From Mesotaenium endlicherianum (lineage: Eukaryota), in assembly GCA_009602735.1 (NCBI GenBank), contig WELA01001729.1, positions 1-64,000 on the forward strand: 64,000 nt of DNA, written 5' to 3'. The notes beneath the pieces are model-generated. The model did not search any database. It was not told the DNA's origin and saw only the letters and a program-made list of their open reading frames with translations. Positions 47,801 through 60,700 of this stretch are shown here, piece after piece. How positions within the stretch are numbered: the stretch's first letter is position 1; the number at the start of each line of letters is the position of its first letter. Position numbers and translations under genes: made by a program.

Positions 47801-50100
47801 TCCTTTGTCCCTCAGAAACTTGTCAAAGTAGCCGTTGACATACTCAGACCCATTATCAGTCCTCAGGGTCTTGATCTTTTTTCCCAACTGCTTCTCCACG
47901 GATGCCTTGTACTTCAAGAACTTCTCATACGCCTGATTCTTGGTTCTCATGAAATACACCTCAGTCTTCCTGGAGTAGTCATCTGTGAAGGTGATGTAAT
48001 TCAAGTTTCTTGACGATCTGGCTGTTACATTAGCAGGTCCCCACACATCTGAGTGAACCAACCCCAGCAGCTCACTAGCCCTTGAAGCTTCTCCCTTTGG
48101 GAATGCCTTCCTGGCCTGCTTCCCCATCTGACATCCCCTGTTGAATTCTAAACTCTACCCTATAAAGTCTGGCAGCCCTCTCTCCTTGTCTTGTGCCATC
48201 TGCTTCAATCTCTGCTCACTCACATGTCCCAGCCTCTGGTGCCACAGGTTGATGTCACTTTCCAGCTTGGTACCTCCCTGTGCACCAAGTGCAAACTCAA
48301 CCTGAAGAACCTGGTCCATTACATATAGAGCAATCTCAGTTTGGCACTGGATTTTAAACAAGCTGCCTTGAACACTTGACTTCACAGCCTTCATTACCAC
48401 ATCACCGTCCGAGTCCATGACTCGACACTCACTTCCTTCAAACACCACTGTGTTTCCAAGGGCTGTGGTCTTTGGCACTGAAAACAGATTCTTCACTAGT
48501 CCCGGACAGTGAAGCACATCCTGCATCGTAAACTTGTGCCTCCTCTTGCCTAGCTGTGTCATGACTACCACCTTTTTAGTTCCAATCCCTTGCAGCAGCA
48601 TGCCATCACCAACTCTGACTGGCACTGGACTGTAGGACTTGTAGTCGAGCATGATCTCTCTCCTGGGAGTGGCATGTCTTGAAGCTCCTGAGTCAACAAA
48701 CCAGGCATCCTCATCCTGCTCGCTGCACACCAGTGACTCCTCTATAGTAACAGCATTGGCATTTTCTTCAGCATCGTGAAGGGAAGTACCTTCTCTCTTC
48801 TGGCTGCAATCCCTGGCCAGATGTCCCTTCTTGTTGCACGTGAAGCACACTGCATTCTCGCAGCTTGGTGCAGAATGTCCTGTCTTCCCACAAATGAAGC
48901 ATCTCCCTTTCTTGCTTCCATCTCTTTTGCCTTGATAGCCTCCTCTATGAGATCCGGACCTCCTTTCTCCCCATCCTTCTCCTTGCCGACTGGAACTGGC
49001 CACGCTAAGCTCTTCCGTCTGCTCCACTAGCTGATTGCCCACCAGACGAAACTTCCTGTCTCCAAACATGAGTAGAGCCTGTTCAGTGGATGAGCTTGCC
49101 TTTCCTTTGGTCTCCAACTGAACCTCCTTAATGAGCAACTTGGATTCAATGTTCTCCATGGTGAGTTCAACAATTGTCAGAACTGACAGGGAGTCTCTGA
49201 AGGTCTCAAACTTTGAATCCAATCCATTCAGAGCTTGAATCACCTGATCTTCTTGATTCACCTCCAAGGCTTTTAATTCCTCACACACTTCTCTGATGCG
49301 GGAGAAGTAAGACTGCACGCTCTCTCCCTCTTCTTGCTTCAACAGAGCAAACTTCTTCTTAAAGGTGCCTCTGTTAGCAACACTATACTGCTGGTGCAGG
49401 TTCTTCAACGACTCCCACATCGCTGTGCTGGTCTCTAAATTCAGCACTCTCATGTAGGTCTCCTGACCCAAGCTCCTTGTAAGCAGATCAAATGCATGTG
49501 CCTCCCTCTTTCGCCATGCAACTCTAGCTGCTCCATTCGCAACATACGCTTCTCTGGTTGCTGCATCAGCATTTGCAGCGGGCACTTGGAGTGGATCTGG
49601 GATCTTTTCATTTCCAAGCACTATCTCCTTGAGATCATGTCTGGCTAACTGTGCACACACTCTTCGCGACCACACAAGATACTCAGTACCCTTCCCATCG
49701 AAGTGCGGGAGCCGAGAGTTAGAACCTGCTCCGATACTATGTTGAAAATCTTCATCTGTCATTGCTTACTCGTTCTATAGCAAGACAAATACTTCACTTG
49801 CAACTCATACACAGCACATATAAGCATGCACACGACACCAAGAGGAGCACTCTCTTTCTCGGGGGCTCAACTCTTTCTTACTCAAGTGTATCCCTTACAA
49901 GTTTCTCTGCCCTTCTATATTCACATTTGTGGCTGCTAACCTACCTCGAACTAATCGACAGTCCTGGTCATCAGAAGCCCTACACATCGACACTCTCAAC
50001 CAACATTAGCTGGACTCGACCGACCACACACTTCAGTCAACCTCCACACATGTGAACGCACATACTAAGCAATTAGAGCTAGGAGTGCTTATTTTCTACA
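44866..50100 (-). mobile_element. Ty1/copia LTR retrotransposon, full length (5235 bp), inserted in B2 gag
   Basis: 361-bp LTRs 44866-45226 and 49740-50100 (about a dozen substitutions by eye), TSD AATAC, PBS-like TAGTATCGGAGC, PPT GAGAGGGAG, IN before RT. Confidence 0.96.
45245..49762 (-). pseudogene. Copia gag-pol polyprotein, broken into four ORFs
   Basis: Two CCHC knuckles, WFVDSGASRH protease, LWHQRLGH, LVHSDVWGP/LRTDNGSEY integrase, YKARFVAKGYSQ and LYVDD RT, SDADWGGD RNase H. Confidence 0.95.
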
Positions 50101-50395
50101 AATACTTTTTGTTTCCCTCAGGATCATAGTCCAGGGGAGGTTTTGGCTTAGGCTTACTAGCCCCTCTGCCACCACCACCCGTGGTCTGAGAACCCAGTTG
50201 GTGTCTGTCACACAGCAATGCCTCATGATCCTTTTGTCCTCCTGTTGGGACTGATACATACTCGCCATTTGCGATTGCATCGTCACGAGTAAGGCTCCCA
50301 GATCTACGTTCTGAGCTGGTAGCCCAGCAAACGCAGCAGGAACAACATTAGCTCGATTAGAACCAGCTTCGGCATTCTCGATTGTTGTCGCTCTG

Positions 50396-53300
50396 TTTAC
50401 ACTTTCTTAGGATCCACACTAATACCTTTCCTACTGACAACGTGTCCTATGAATTCAATACTCTCCTTCAATAGATCACACTTGCTCAATTTAGCATATA
50501 ATTGAATCCTTCTGAGAGTGTCCATTATTGTCTTCAAGTGTTCGGCATGCTTAGATTCACTTTTAGAGAAAATTAGTGATCTGATGATAACCACTCTTGA
50601 GATCAATCTTACTAAACACTTTAGTACCAGACAATGTATCAAGCAAGTCCTTTTTTCAGGGCAAAGCATACTTGTTCTGTACTGTGATTCTGTTCAGACC
50701 TCTGTAATCCACACACATTCGCATACTGCCATCCTTTCTCTTAACAAATAAGATGGGTGCGTCATATGATGATTTACTGGGAGAAATATATCCATTCTCC
50801 TCCAACTCTGCAATTTGTGGTTTTAACTCTTCACTTTCCACATAGGACAAGCAAGCCATAAGTGCGTTGCCAAGGTGACTGACTCCCAGATAACAGATCA
50901 ATTTTATGATCCACCTCCCTTTTGGGGAGCAGTCCTGGAGGCAGCTAACAAACATCATCATCTTGAACAACAATGTTTGCAGCTGCAGGGTGCTCCGGAG
51001 GGCTCACCTTTTTCTCAACCACTTCTTCAGGTTAAGGAGGTACCTCTTCAAGCAGCAGACATAACATTATGTATTCCTTCTGGTTCCAGCTTTGGACAAA
51101 GTCCATTGCATTCAGCAACTTGCATCCTCCTGGAAGTCTTTCTTTTGCTTCATTTCCCATCCATACAGGACAAGAGGAAGAGCACTGGTGGGTGCCCAGT
51201 TAGTCTGCCCATTGCTGGCTCCTCTCACTTTGATTGTACCTTTGCTCCAATACACTTGCTCCAACTTTATGTCTATTCAGTTAGGATCTTCTTAGCACGA
51301 GATCGTAGAAGCTAGTGTTGAGTACCTCAAATGTAAGCGTTTCAGTTACAATTGCAATGCCAAAACCTAACTGGACCTCCATAGGCTTGGTTAGAACTCC
51401 TCCCGGAATACTTGAGGTATCTCCAAGAAATATTATTCTATTCCTTTGGGTGACAGTAGGCATAGGCAGCCTTAGCCGCTTAACTGATTCCTTATGGCTA
51501 AAAGTATGTGACGCTCCTCCGTCACAAATGCTCTCACCTTCCTACCTGCAATCATACAATGCAATAGGATAGGGGGGACTGACTTTTTCTGACTTTCGCA
51601 TTGTTCTCCTGACTTAGCAAAAAAATGTTAGATATCAAGTGGAACAAGACCTTCCAGAGTGTGCACTCTTTGGAGATCTATATCGCTGATGGCCTTCTTT
51701 ATCTGTTTGCCAGGCATGCATAGTGAATCTAGTTCAGCGGGACACATAGTACCTGCTACGAGGGCAGCTAGCAACGATTCACTATCCCTAGCAACCTCAC
51801 AGTCAGTAGATTGGATTTACAACTGTTGCTGTCTTTAAAAGACTGATCCTTTCCCTCGACCTTTGGCAGGTGCTTTCTAGGACACTACTCGCGGTAGTGA
51901 CCTACCTCCTGGCAATGGTAGATTTTGCTGAGGCTGGTCTCGGCTTAGTCCTACCACCACCTCTTCCGTAGCCACCTCGAGAGTATCCACCTCTTCCTCT
52001 ACACTGCATGGCATACTCGTACTCATCACTCTGATCATCCTCAGCTTGATCTCCTTCAACTGCATTGTAGAAACCATGTGGCTTTTTGACAATCTTGAAT
52101 ACCAAAGCATTACTCTGGCGCTTGTGATTGAACTGCTATTGATCCCAGGCATCAGCATCCTGGATCAAGTCAGCCAGTTTCTCATATTTCTTTTCAGCAA
52201 AATGACCTGAGACCTCGGACTTCAAGCCATACTTGAAGTACGCTATTCTATATCGCTTTGGCAATTCCGGTTGCTTCATCATGTTTTCCTGGGACTTTTT
52301 AGCATACTCAGCATATGAAATGGTCTGCTTCAGTGTCAGGGTGATCATCGCATAGATAGCTTTCTCTTGCTGATTTATCACATCAAACTTCTCATGCGGC
52401 TTCTCAACAAACTCTACCCAAGTAGGGTCACGGAGTTATTGAGCCTTACGCTCTGCTTTCCAGTAAATCCACCAGTGTGCTGCATTGCCTTTTAGTAGAG
52501 CACCGGTGTGCGTGACCTTCTCGCAGTCCTGCAGCTCTGGGTAGTTTTCCAGCCACTGCTCAAGATCAGCGAGAAACTTGATCAGAGGGTTCTTTTGGTT
52601 TCCTTCAGGGTCATAGTCCTGAGGAGGTTTTGGCTTAAGCTTACTCGGCCCTCTGCCATTACCACCAGTGGTGTGAGAACCCAATTGGTCTCTGTCACGT
52701 AACAATGCCATCATGATCCTTTTGTCCTCCTGTTGGGACTGATACATGGTCACCATTTCCGATTGCATTTGCACGAATAATGCTTCCAGATCTACATTCT
52801 GAGGTGATAATCTAGCAAACGCAGCCGCAGCAGCATTAGCTCGATGAGTAGCAGCTTTGGCGTTCCCGATTGCTGTTGCTCCGGCTATGCTAGTTGCACT
52901 AAGTTGTCTGCAAATATGAGGAAGAGGTACAACAGTAGGTACAGCAGGAGGTTGTTTTGGAGATTGGCCCTTTCTGCCATTTGCTCCTCCACCGTCCTTT
53001 TTTGCAGGAGCCCTCCTATTTGCTGCTTCTTCTACTTCTTGGCTGGACGTTCATCCTCAGCGACGTGAGCTGCTACTGCAGCAAGAGCTGCTGCTTCTTC
53101 TGCAGCTTTTCCATTTCCTGCATCATGCAGCGTTTCTAAATAGGTGCTGGGTCCAAAGACGCGACTTTTGCCTTGCCCTCCTTCAATGTTATCACTGCTC
53201 TCACCCTCTATTTCACGAGAGTTACTAGCTTCAGACCTCGTCCTTACCATACAAAAAGACTGCGATAACCAGCTTCGATACTAATGAATCAACTTACTAA

Positions 53301-53590
53301 TAGGCAATCAACAATTAATAATAGATCTTTATATCAGCAAGTAAACTTTATGACATTTTTTGTTAATTGATTAAACAGCAACAGACAACTTACTAGCGGT
53401 AAACACTACTCATAAGTAAAATGCAAGTAAACGAGCATCAATCATGCAATCAATTTACTCATACATAAGCAAGGTTAGAAGACAGTTTGCATCAATTGCC
53501 TCTTGCCTTAGATTCAAATTTCTCTCCGTAAGCTGTATAAGAGAATTGGCCTCGTTTCAAAATGCCAAACTGGAAAGCAATACCTAGCCT
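50396..53590 (-). mobile_element. Family B copy B4, old degenerate fragment (partial 5' LTR, decayed PBS, gag, PR, deleted RT)
   Basis: ORFs 53032-53250 (MVRTRS), 52436-52774, 52136-52381, 51281-51463, 50656-50973; LTR-like 53285-53590. Confidence 0.82.
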
Positions 53591-54050
53591 AAAGATAACT
53601 CGAGGTACTTAGATCGCGCGCCATTTGTACTTATACAATTCGAACAGACACTTCCGATCATATTCCGCAACGTGTCGCAAGCGCCGCATCCGGTCACGCG
53701 ACGGATCGTTACACTCCTCCCACCTAAAAGTGTGCACGTCCCGGGCACTCATGCTCCGGCACCCGTGAGGGACATTATTTTGGGATAGTGTCCTTTCTTC
53801 GCACAATCCAAAGATCGCCGTACGGTCGTACCATCGACGAGTTTCGCACCCCGCGGTATTTTAACTCTCGTCTCCTGAACACGATTGCGTACGTTTGCGC
53901 TCCGATACCAATGTAGCGATACGAACAAAAAGGTAACTCGAGGTACTTAGATCGCGCGCCAATTGTACTTATACACTTCACACCAACATTTTCGATCGCA
54001 TTCCGCGACGTGTCCACGCGCCGCATCCGACCACGCGGCGGATCGTTACA
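53591..54050 (-). mobile_element. TRIM (terminal-repeat retrotransposon in miniature)
   Basis: 139-bp LTR 53912-54050 (TGTAACGAT...ATCGCTACA), second copy 53591-53713 clipped, PBS 53899-53910, PPT GGTGGGAGGAG 53714-53724, ~200-bp non-coding interior. Confidence 0.85.
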
Positions 54051-54650
54051 ATAAAGATCTTTTAATAATTGTTGATCACCTATTTGATTCATTTCAGCGG
54101 TATCGGAGCCGGTTTTGTATGGTAAGGACGAGGTATCAAGCTAGTAACTCTCGTGAAATGGAGGGTGAGAACAGTGATAACATTGAAAAAGGGCAAGGCA
54201 AAAGTCGCGTCTTTGGACTCCGCACCTATTTCGAAACGCTGCATGATGCACGAAATGGAGAAGCTGCAGAGGAAGCAGCAGCTCTTGCTGCAGTAGCAGC
54301 TCACGTTGCTGAGGATGAACGTCTAGCCAAAGAGGTAGAAGAAGCAATAAACAGGAGGGCCCCTGCGGAATGGACGGTGGAGGAGAAAATTGCAGAAAGG
54401 GCCAATCTCCAAAACCAACCTCCTTCTGTACCTACTGATATACCTCTTCCTCAGATTTGCAGACAACTTAGTGCAACTAGCATAGCCGGAACAGCAGCTA
54501 CTTGGAATGCCGAAGGTGCTATTGATCGAGCTAATGGTGCTGCGATTGCGTTTGCTGAATTACCACCTCAGAATGTGGATCTGGGAGCATTATTCGTGCA
54601 AATGCAATCGGAAATGGTGACCATGTATCAGTCCCAACAGGAGGACAAAA
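54051..54650 (+). mobile_element. Family B fragment B5: LTR end, PBS, 5' gag
   Basis: GATTCATTTCA-G-CGGTATCGGAGC then ATG at 54119 (MVRTRYQASNSRE). Confidence 0.82.
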
Positions 54651-54860
54651 GTGTGAGGTTATGAAAGTGTAGTTTGTTTCTTTCTAGTATTTTATGTGCA
54701 TAGAGTGTAAGTTTAGAAGAACTTTGGCCTTTTTTCACGTCATTTGGACAAGTATTGAGATAGTTATGAATTCTGGAAGTTTTTAGTGAGTTTTTAATGT
54801 CACAGATTCTATTTAGTGACAAGGACAGGTTTAGTGACGAAAATTTTGGTTGGAGTCTAG

Positions 54861-55580
54861 TGAAATGAATCGACTTACCAAATAGGCGATTAACAATTAA
54901 TAAAGATCTTTATATCAGCAAGTAATCTTTATGGATTTCTCGTAAACTGATTAAACGGCAGAAGGACAACACACTAGCAGTGAACAACCCTCGTAAATCA
55001 AATGCGAGTAAACTAGCATCAATAATGCACTCAGTAAACTCATACATAAGCAAGGTTAGAAGACAGTGCGTATCAATGGCTTCTCGCCTTGGATTCAGAT
55101 CTCTCTCAGTAAGCTGTACAAGAGAGTTGGCCTCGTTTCCGAATGCCGAACTAGAGAGCAATGCCTAGCATATATACATGGAATGAGTTTATTGTTCAAC
55201 GGCCAGTGCGATGGCACCGCCTACCCAGGAGTTAACCACGTTGGTAGGACCTCGGTTAACCAAATCCACCGGCATCTCCCATCATCCCGAATCGCCATCC
55301 ATCATAGGGATGTCATCTGGCCATTCATCTAGCATACCACACGCGGATGCATATTGAGGCAATTCGTTGCTACCGAGTACGGAAGTCAGCTGGCTGTCAA
55401 AGAATGTGTCAGCAAGCTGACTTAAGCTGACTTCAGCCTGCTGCTTTCGGCTGAGTCATTAAACTGATATTAAATATAAAGTCCAGCAGACTGAATATTA
55501 ACTAGAGTTCAGCAGGCTGAACTTGTTTAACTGTTATATTTGAATGAATATTACATCAACCAATATACTGATTCATTACA
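54861..55580 (-). repeat. 3' LTR of B6
   Basis: B LTR termini, PPT 55581-55595. Confidence 0.93.
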
Positions 55581-55650
55581 ATCCCTCCAACTTAACATGT
55601 TGTCGCCTCGACAACACTGACACAGGGTACATAGGTTTCCCCAACTGAAA

Positions 55651-57353
55651 TTACTGATCCCTCTCCCATCCAGCTTGCTGTGCCCCTGGCCCTCCGCCCT
55701 TAGAAGGGAGATGCCCCTGGGGCCCTATGGTCAGGGGAGTCAGCCCTCTTCCTATCTTGGGGTCTTCTGAAGCCTGTCGGAGAGGGAGGTTCCGTGTAGG
55801 GACCCGGCGGAGAACGCAGTAACTATGCTGTTTCCTCCTGCACGGTCTGGAACTGAATGGAGGCAGGCTTCTCCTGGGCATCCCTCAAACTGACTGGTAC
55901 ATATACCGACATCCCAGAAGGATGTTGCATGACATGAGCTAAGGGTACATGCCCTCTATGCGAGGGAGATGCCGGCAGGCCTCTGGCTATTTCTCTAGCA
56001 GCCCTCCTGTCTGCCCTGTCTGACTGGGTCTTCGTGCCTGGAGATGGGTCTTGTCCTCTGGCAGTTCCCAGCCAAGTGATATCCTCCTCCTCAGCGAGTT
56101 GCTGTAGGGCCAACCCCGTCTTCTCCCTTCCAGGGGATGTGGCAGGTGTCAGGATCACGGCGGGGCTAGTGTCCTCTTCCTCGCCTTCCTCCTCTTCTTC
56201 CTCAAACTCCTCTTCTTCCCCTGGCTCCTCAGAGACTGCTAGTCTCCTCTGTCAGCTGCTCTAGCTCTTCCCGAGAAAAAGAATACTCCACTGACCTTCC
56301 CCTTTTGGGTGCTGGTGGGGGCTGTTGAGTCCTGACCGCATACAGGTCTTCCTCTCCCTGCTTGCTTGCCCATTTGGCATAAGCGTGCTTTCCTTTAGAG
56401 AATGACTCTTGGGCCCTGCTCCTGTCCTCCTGCATTTCTTGACTCATGCAGTCTCTTACTCCATCCAATCTTGGGTCCCAAGCTGCAATGTGAGGAGGCA
56501 ACACTATGTTCCCCTGCAGGTCTGTTAGGAGTTCTTCCTCCCCTGCCCTGTCATTTTGCTGGTCCCTCATGTTGATGGTCATCCACCGCCAATCGATGGG
56601 TTTCTGGAAGAAGGCAGGGTCTGTCCTTTTCAGCGTACAAGGGTACCAGTGCCCTGCGAAGTCCAGCTGAGTGGTTTCCCTGGCCAAGAATTCCCAGCTC
56701 CTTCTCTCCACCTCATTATACATGGCCTTGAACCTGTTATGGGATGTGGAGTCCTTAAAGCTGTCCGCGTCCATGGGGATCATCCTGATGACCCTATCTT
56801 TCCCCCAGATACCCGGAATTGATACAGCTCCTTCCTCATTCACTTGCGCCATTGCCTTGGCCTCTCTGACCGTACATCCTACCATCCTGGCATAATCGTG
56901 GTAGAGGAGGACGCCTGTGCTGACCTCTGTATACTTGTCAAAGTTTTTGGATGTCTCCCCTTCCCTCTGCAGGATGTCCTTCTGCGACTCACTGCGACTG
57001 CTGTGGGCATACTTGAAGGCCTCCTCCAGTAGATCAAAGCCCTTGCCCAGCACTGTGTAGCGGTAGCTGGTGATTCTCCTCTGTTCTTCTTTAGCCTGCT
57101 GCTTCCGCCTCTCCTCAGCTTGCCTCTCCTCTGCCTTCTTGGCCTCCACTGCAGCTTATCTGTCCAGTTCTTCCTGCCTCAACCTGGCCTGTTCCTCCTC
57201 CTCCTCCTTCTTCTGTGCCTCCCGCTGTTGTTGGAGTCGTGGTGATTCCCGAGCGGAGATGGAGGATAATTCCTTGTCGCCACGGAATTGCAAGTATTAT
57301 GCATGTGCCTTTTCCGCTCTTCTCTTCCTCTTAAGTTCCGACTTCTGAGTCAT
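55651..57353 (-). pseudogene. Family B accessory ORF, B6 copy
   Basis: ORFs 56229-57149, 55823-56158, 55651-55881; same early stops as the B2 copy. Confidence 0.88.
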
Positions 57354-57706
57354 CATGCTCAATCATAAACACAATGCAATCTGTGAAGTCATGGTACTTT
57401 GCCGCTACTGAGTACCCTTGGTGGAGAAGAACGTGGTAGGGAGAGTTCCAAGTGTGTAATATCTTGTGTGAGTGAGTGTAATAGGAGAACTGAGTCAGAG
57501 AGAAAAAGTGAGTGTTAGCGCAGATTGAGTGTGTAGAGTGGTTACATAAAACTTTGCTGGCTGATCCCGAGACAGAACACAAATCCTCCAACTTAATTTT
57601 AAGGTGGGCTGCCTATCACAACTATCACTATCTATCACTAACTGTCACGTTCCCCTCCAACTTCCGTGGAGGTCCTGTCACCAATCCATGGCGGCTGAAA
57701 TAACAA

Positions 57707-60700
57707 TTAGGGAGGTGTGCCAGCCGCCCGAAGGTGGAACCGCTTCAACGCTCCTTTGGCATTGGTCTGTTGGTCTTTAAACTCCCAAGTGTTCCCAGAG
57801 GCATCGTACCCCTTCCATCTGACCAGGTACTTCATGACATATTTAGATGATCGACGAACAGAGCGTGCGTCAAAAATCTCCTCAACCTCATACTCCTCAA
57901 AGTCACCATGCCTGACAGCGGGTACCGGTCCCGGTTGGACAGGTAACAGACCTGTGAACAGTGTGTCACCTTTGATGTACGGTTCCAGGAAGGAGACATT
58001 AAAGACTGGGTGACCCTTGTGATCTGCTGACATGTTCAGTTTGTAAGCATTCTGACCGACACGGCGCACCACCGAATATGGACCGACCCAGACCGGACCA
58101 AGCCTTTTCTTGACCACACCAAGCAGGTACAGGTGTTGAGAATGCAGTTTGACCAAATCGCCCTTAGAAAATGTCAGCTCTCGACGGTGCTCATTAGCGT
58201 ATTTTTGTTGATTTTCTTGGGCTTTGTGCAGGTTTTGTTGGACTTTCGACAGGGTGTCAGCAAACTCTTGGATTAACAGTAGGGAGATCGGATTGTCAAT
58301 CCCTTCAAGGTGAGTAAAAGACTCCCCTAGTAAATCTAAAGGAAACTTAGGGCCTCTACCCAAGCTCAGTTCAAAAGGAGTCTTGCCCGTTGATGCGTGC
58401 ACCGCACTGTTGACCGCGAACTGGATTTGAGGCAACAGGTCATCCCAGTTGTCTTGTTTTTGGTTAACATATGCTCTCAGCACCTCTTGCAGAACTCGGT
58501 TACTTCTTTTAGTCTGCCCATCAGTCTGAGGCTGGTTTGCTGTGCTGAGCAGCTGTTTGACTCCCTTTAACCCCATTAAAGCTCTCCAGAACTTAGAGGT
58601 AAATTTTGAGTCTCTGTCTGAGATGATATTAGAGGGTAGCCCATGTTGGCATACTACATGGTTGTAGAACTGTCTCGCTGTTCCGAGTGCAGTTACTTTG
58701 ACAGTTGTGGGGATGAAAATGCCCATTTTTGTCAGTTTATCCACTACTACCCGTATCGAATCATGCCCATTGGCAGTTCATGGTAGTATTACTACCTAGT
58801 CCATGAAACTTGTTTTCCGGCGTCCAGCTAAGATGGGCAGTGGTTGTAAAAGACCCCCCGGTGGTGTGTGCCTAGACTTATTTCTCTAACACTGATCACA
58901 AGACTTCACATATTTCAAGACCTCCCGAGGCAACCCATCCCAATGATAATGTTTTGCCAGTTTGCCAACAATTTTGGCCTGCCCTTGTCCACCCAGTAAA
59001 CTGTCATGCGCTTGACTCAGTAAGAGGGACCTTATTTCCAAGTTATTAGAAATGACCAGCTTCAGTCTACCTGAAGTGATTTTAGTCACCCAGACCCCTC
59101 CCTTAAGCCTATACCTGAGTGCAGTAGCAGGACACACACCATCAGTGAGGCTGGGCTCATATGTTGGGTCCAAAAGGTCGGCTTTCCGAAGTTGTTCAAG
59201 GAAGGACTTTTTCACCTTTAGTGAAGTGAGTGCACGAAGGACTTTATCTATAGCATGCTGACTAAAGTTCCTTTCTTGCAAGTCAGGTCTTCTAGAGAGT
59301 GCATCAACAGGATTCAACTTCCCTGGTTTGTAGTCGATCTGGACTTGGAACTGCTCCAGCATCTAGCTCCAGCGGTTCTCCCTCCTCGACAGCTTGGACT
59401 TCTTCTGAAAGTGAGTCAGAGCTAGATGATCTGTAATCACCTTAAAAGCATTACCATGTAAGTATGCTCTCCACTATTTGAGCACATGAATGATAACAAG
59501 CAGCTCTTATCATGCACGAAATAGTTAATTTCAGCTGGGTTGAAATTCATAGACGCATACAGCGCCGGGTGCCACTCCTGCCGTACCTTACCATCCTTTG
59601 AGGTTTTGTCAGCAGGATGCAACAAAATAGCACCCATGGCAAAGTCAGAAGCATCAGTAATCTTTTACACCGGATTGCTGGGGTCATACACGGCTAGCTC
59701 TGGGGCAGAACAAAGAGCATCTTTAAGGGTCTGGAAGGCAGCCTGCTGCTCTTCCCCCCACACATACCCTATGTCTTTCTTAGTAAGGTCAGTCTTTGTG
59801 GAATAATTCTCAATCAATCTCCTATAGTAGTTAGCCATCCCAAGGAAGGATCTAACTTCAGAGACAGACTGTGGTACAGGCCAGTCCCTTATGGTTTGGA
59901 CTTTCTTAGGATCCACTCTGATGCCTTCTCTTTTGACAACGTGATCTAAGAATTCAATACTTTCCTCGAAGAAATCACACTTGCTCATTATAGCATATAA
60001 CTGATTTGTTCTTTGAGTGTTCATGACTGTCTTTAAGTGTTCAGCATGAGCTTCATCTTTAGAGAAAATTAAAATATCATCCAGGAAGACTTGCACAAAC
60101 TTATCCAAGTTAGGTCTGAAAATGTCATTCATAGCACCCATGAAGGTTGCAGGAGCATTAGTCAGTCCAAATGGCATCACGTTGAACTCATAGTGTCCAT
60201 AACGTGTACGGAAGGCAGTCTTGTGTTCATCTCCCTCAGCAATTCTGATTTGATGATAACCACTCTCGATATCTATCTTACTGAACACTTTAGCACCAGA
60301 CAAGGTATCAAGCAAGTCCTCGATTCTGGGTAAAGCAAACTTGTTCTTTATTGTAATTCTGTTAAGAGCTCTGTATTTAACACACATCCGCATACTTCCA
60401 TTCTTTTTCTTAACAAAGAGGATGGGTGCGCCATAAGGTGATTTACTGGGGGGAATGTAACCATTTTCCACAAGCTCTGCGATTTGTGCTTTCAACTCTT
60501 CGCTCTCCACATAAGACAAGCCATAAGTACGTTGCCAGGGTGGCTGACTCCCAGGTACCAAATCAATCCTGTGATCTACTTCCCTCTTAGGGGGTAGTCG
60601 TGGAGGCATATCAAACATCATTGTATTGAGCAACAATTTTTGCAGCAGTAGGGTGCTTCGGAGGGTTTACGTTTTTCTCAACCACTTCTTCAGGTTGAGG

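Larger units (their letters stand above)
28270..50395 (-). mobile_element. Family B copy B2, rearranged defective element hosting B3 and the copia element; 5' LTR not seen
   Basis: 3' LTR 28270-28989, accessory ORF, IN-chromo 31191-32880, scrambled pol 41668-43850, gag 44070-44865 and 50101-50395. Confidence 0.8.

Noticed and set aside
45746..48013. Long plus-strand ORFs opposite copia pol, and similar shadows opposite gypsy pol
   Set aside because: Antisense shadows of real coding frames
49762..50055. 97-aa ORF in both copia LTRs
   Set aside because: TTG start, antisense, duplicated only because the LTRs are duplicated
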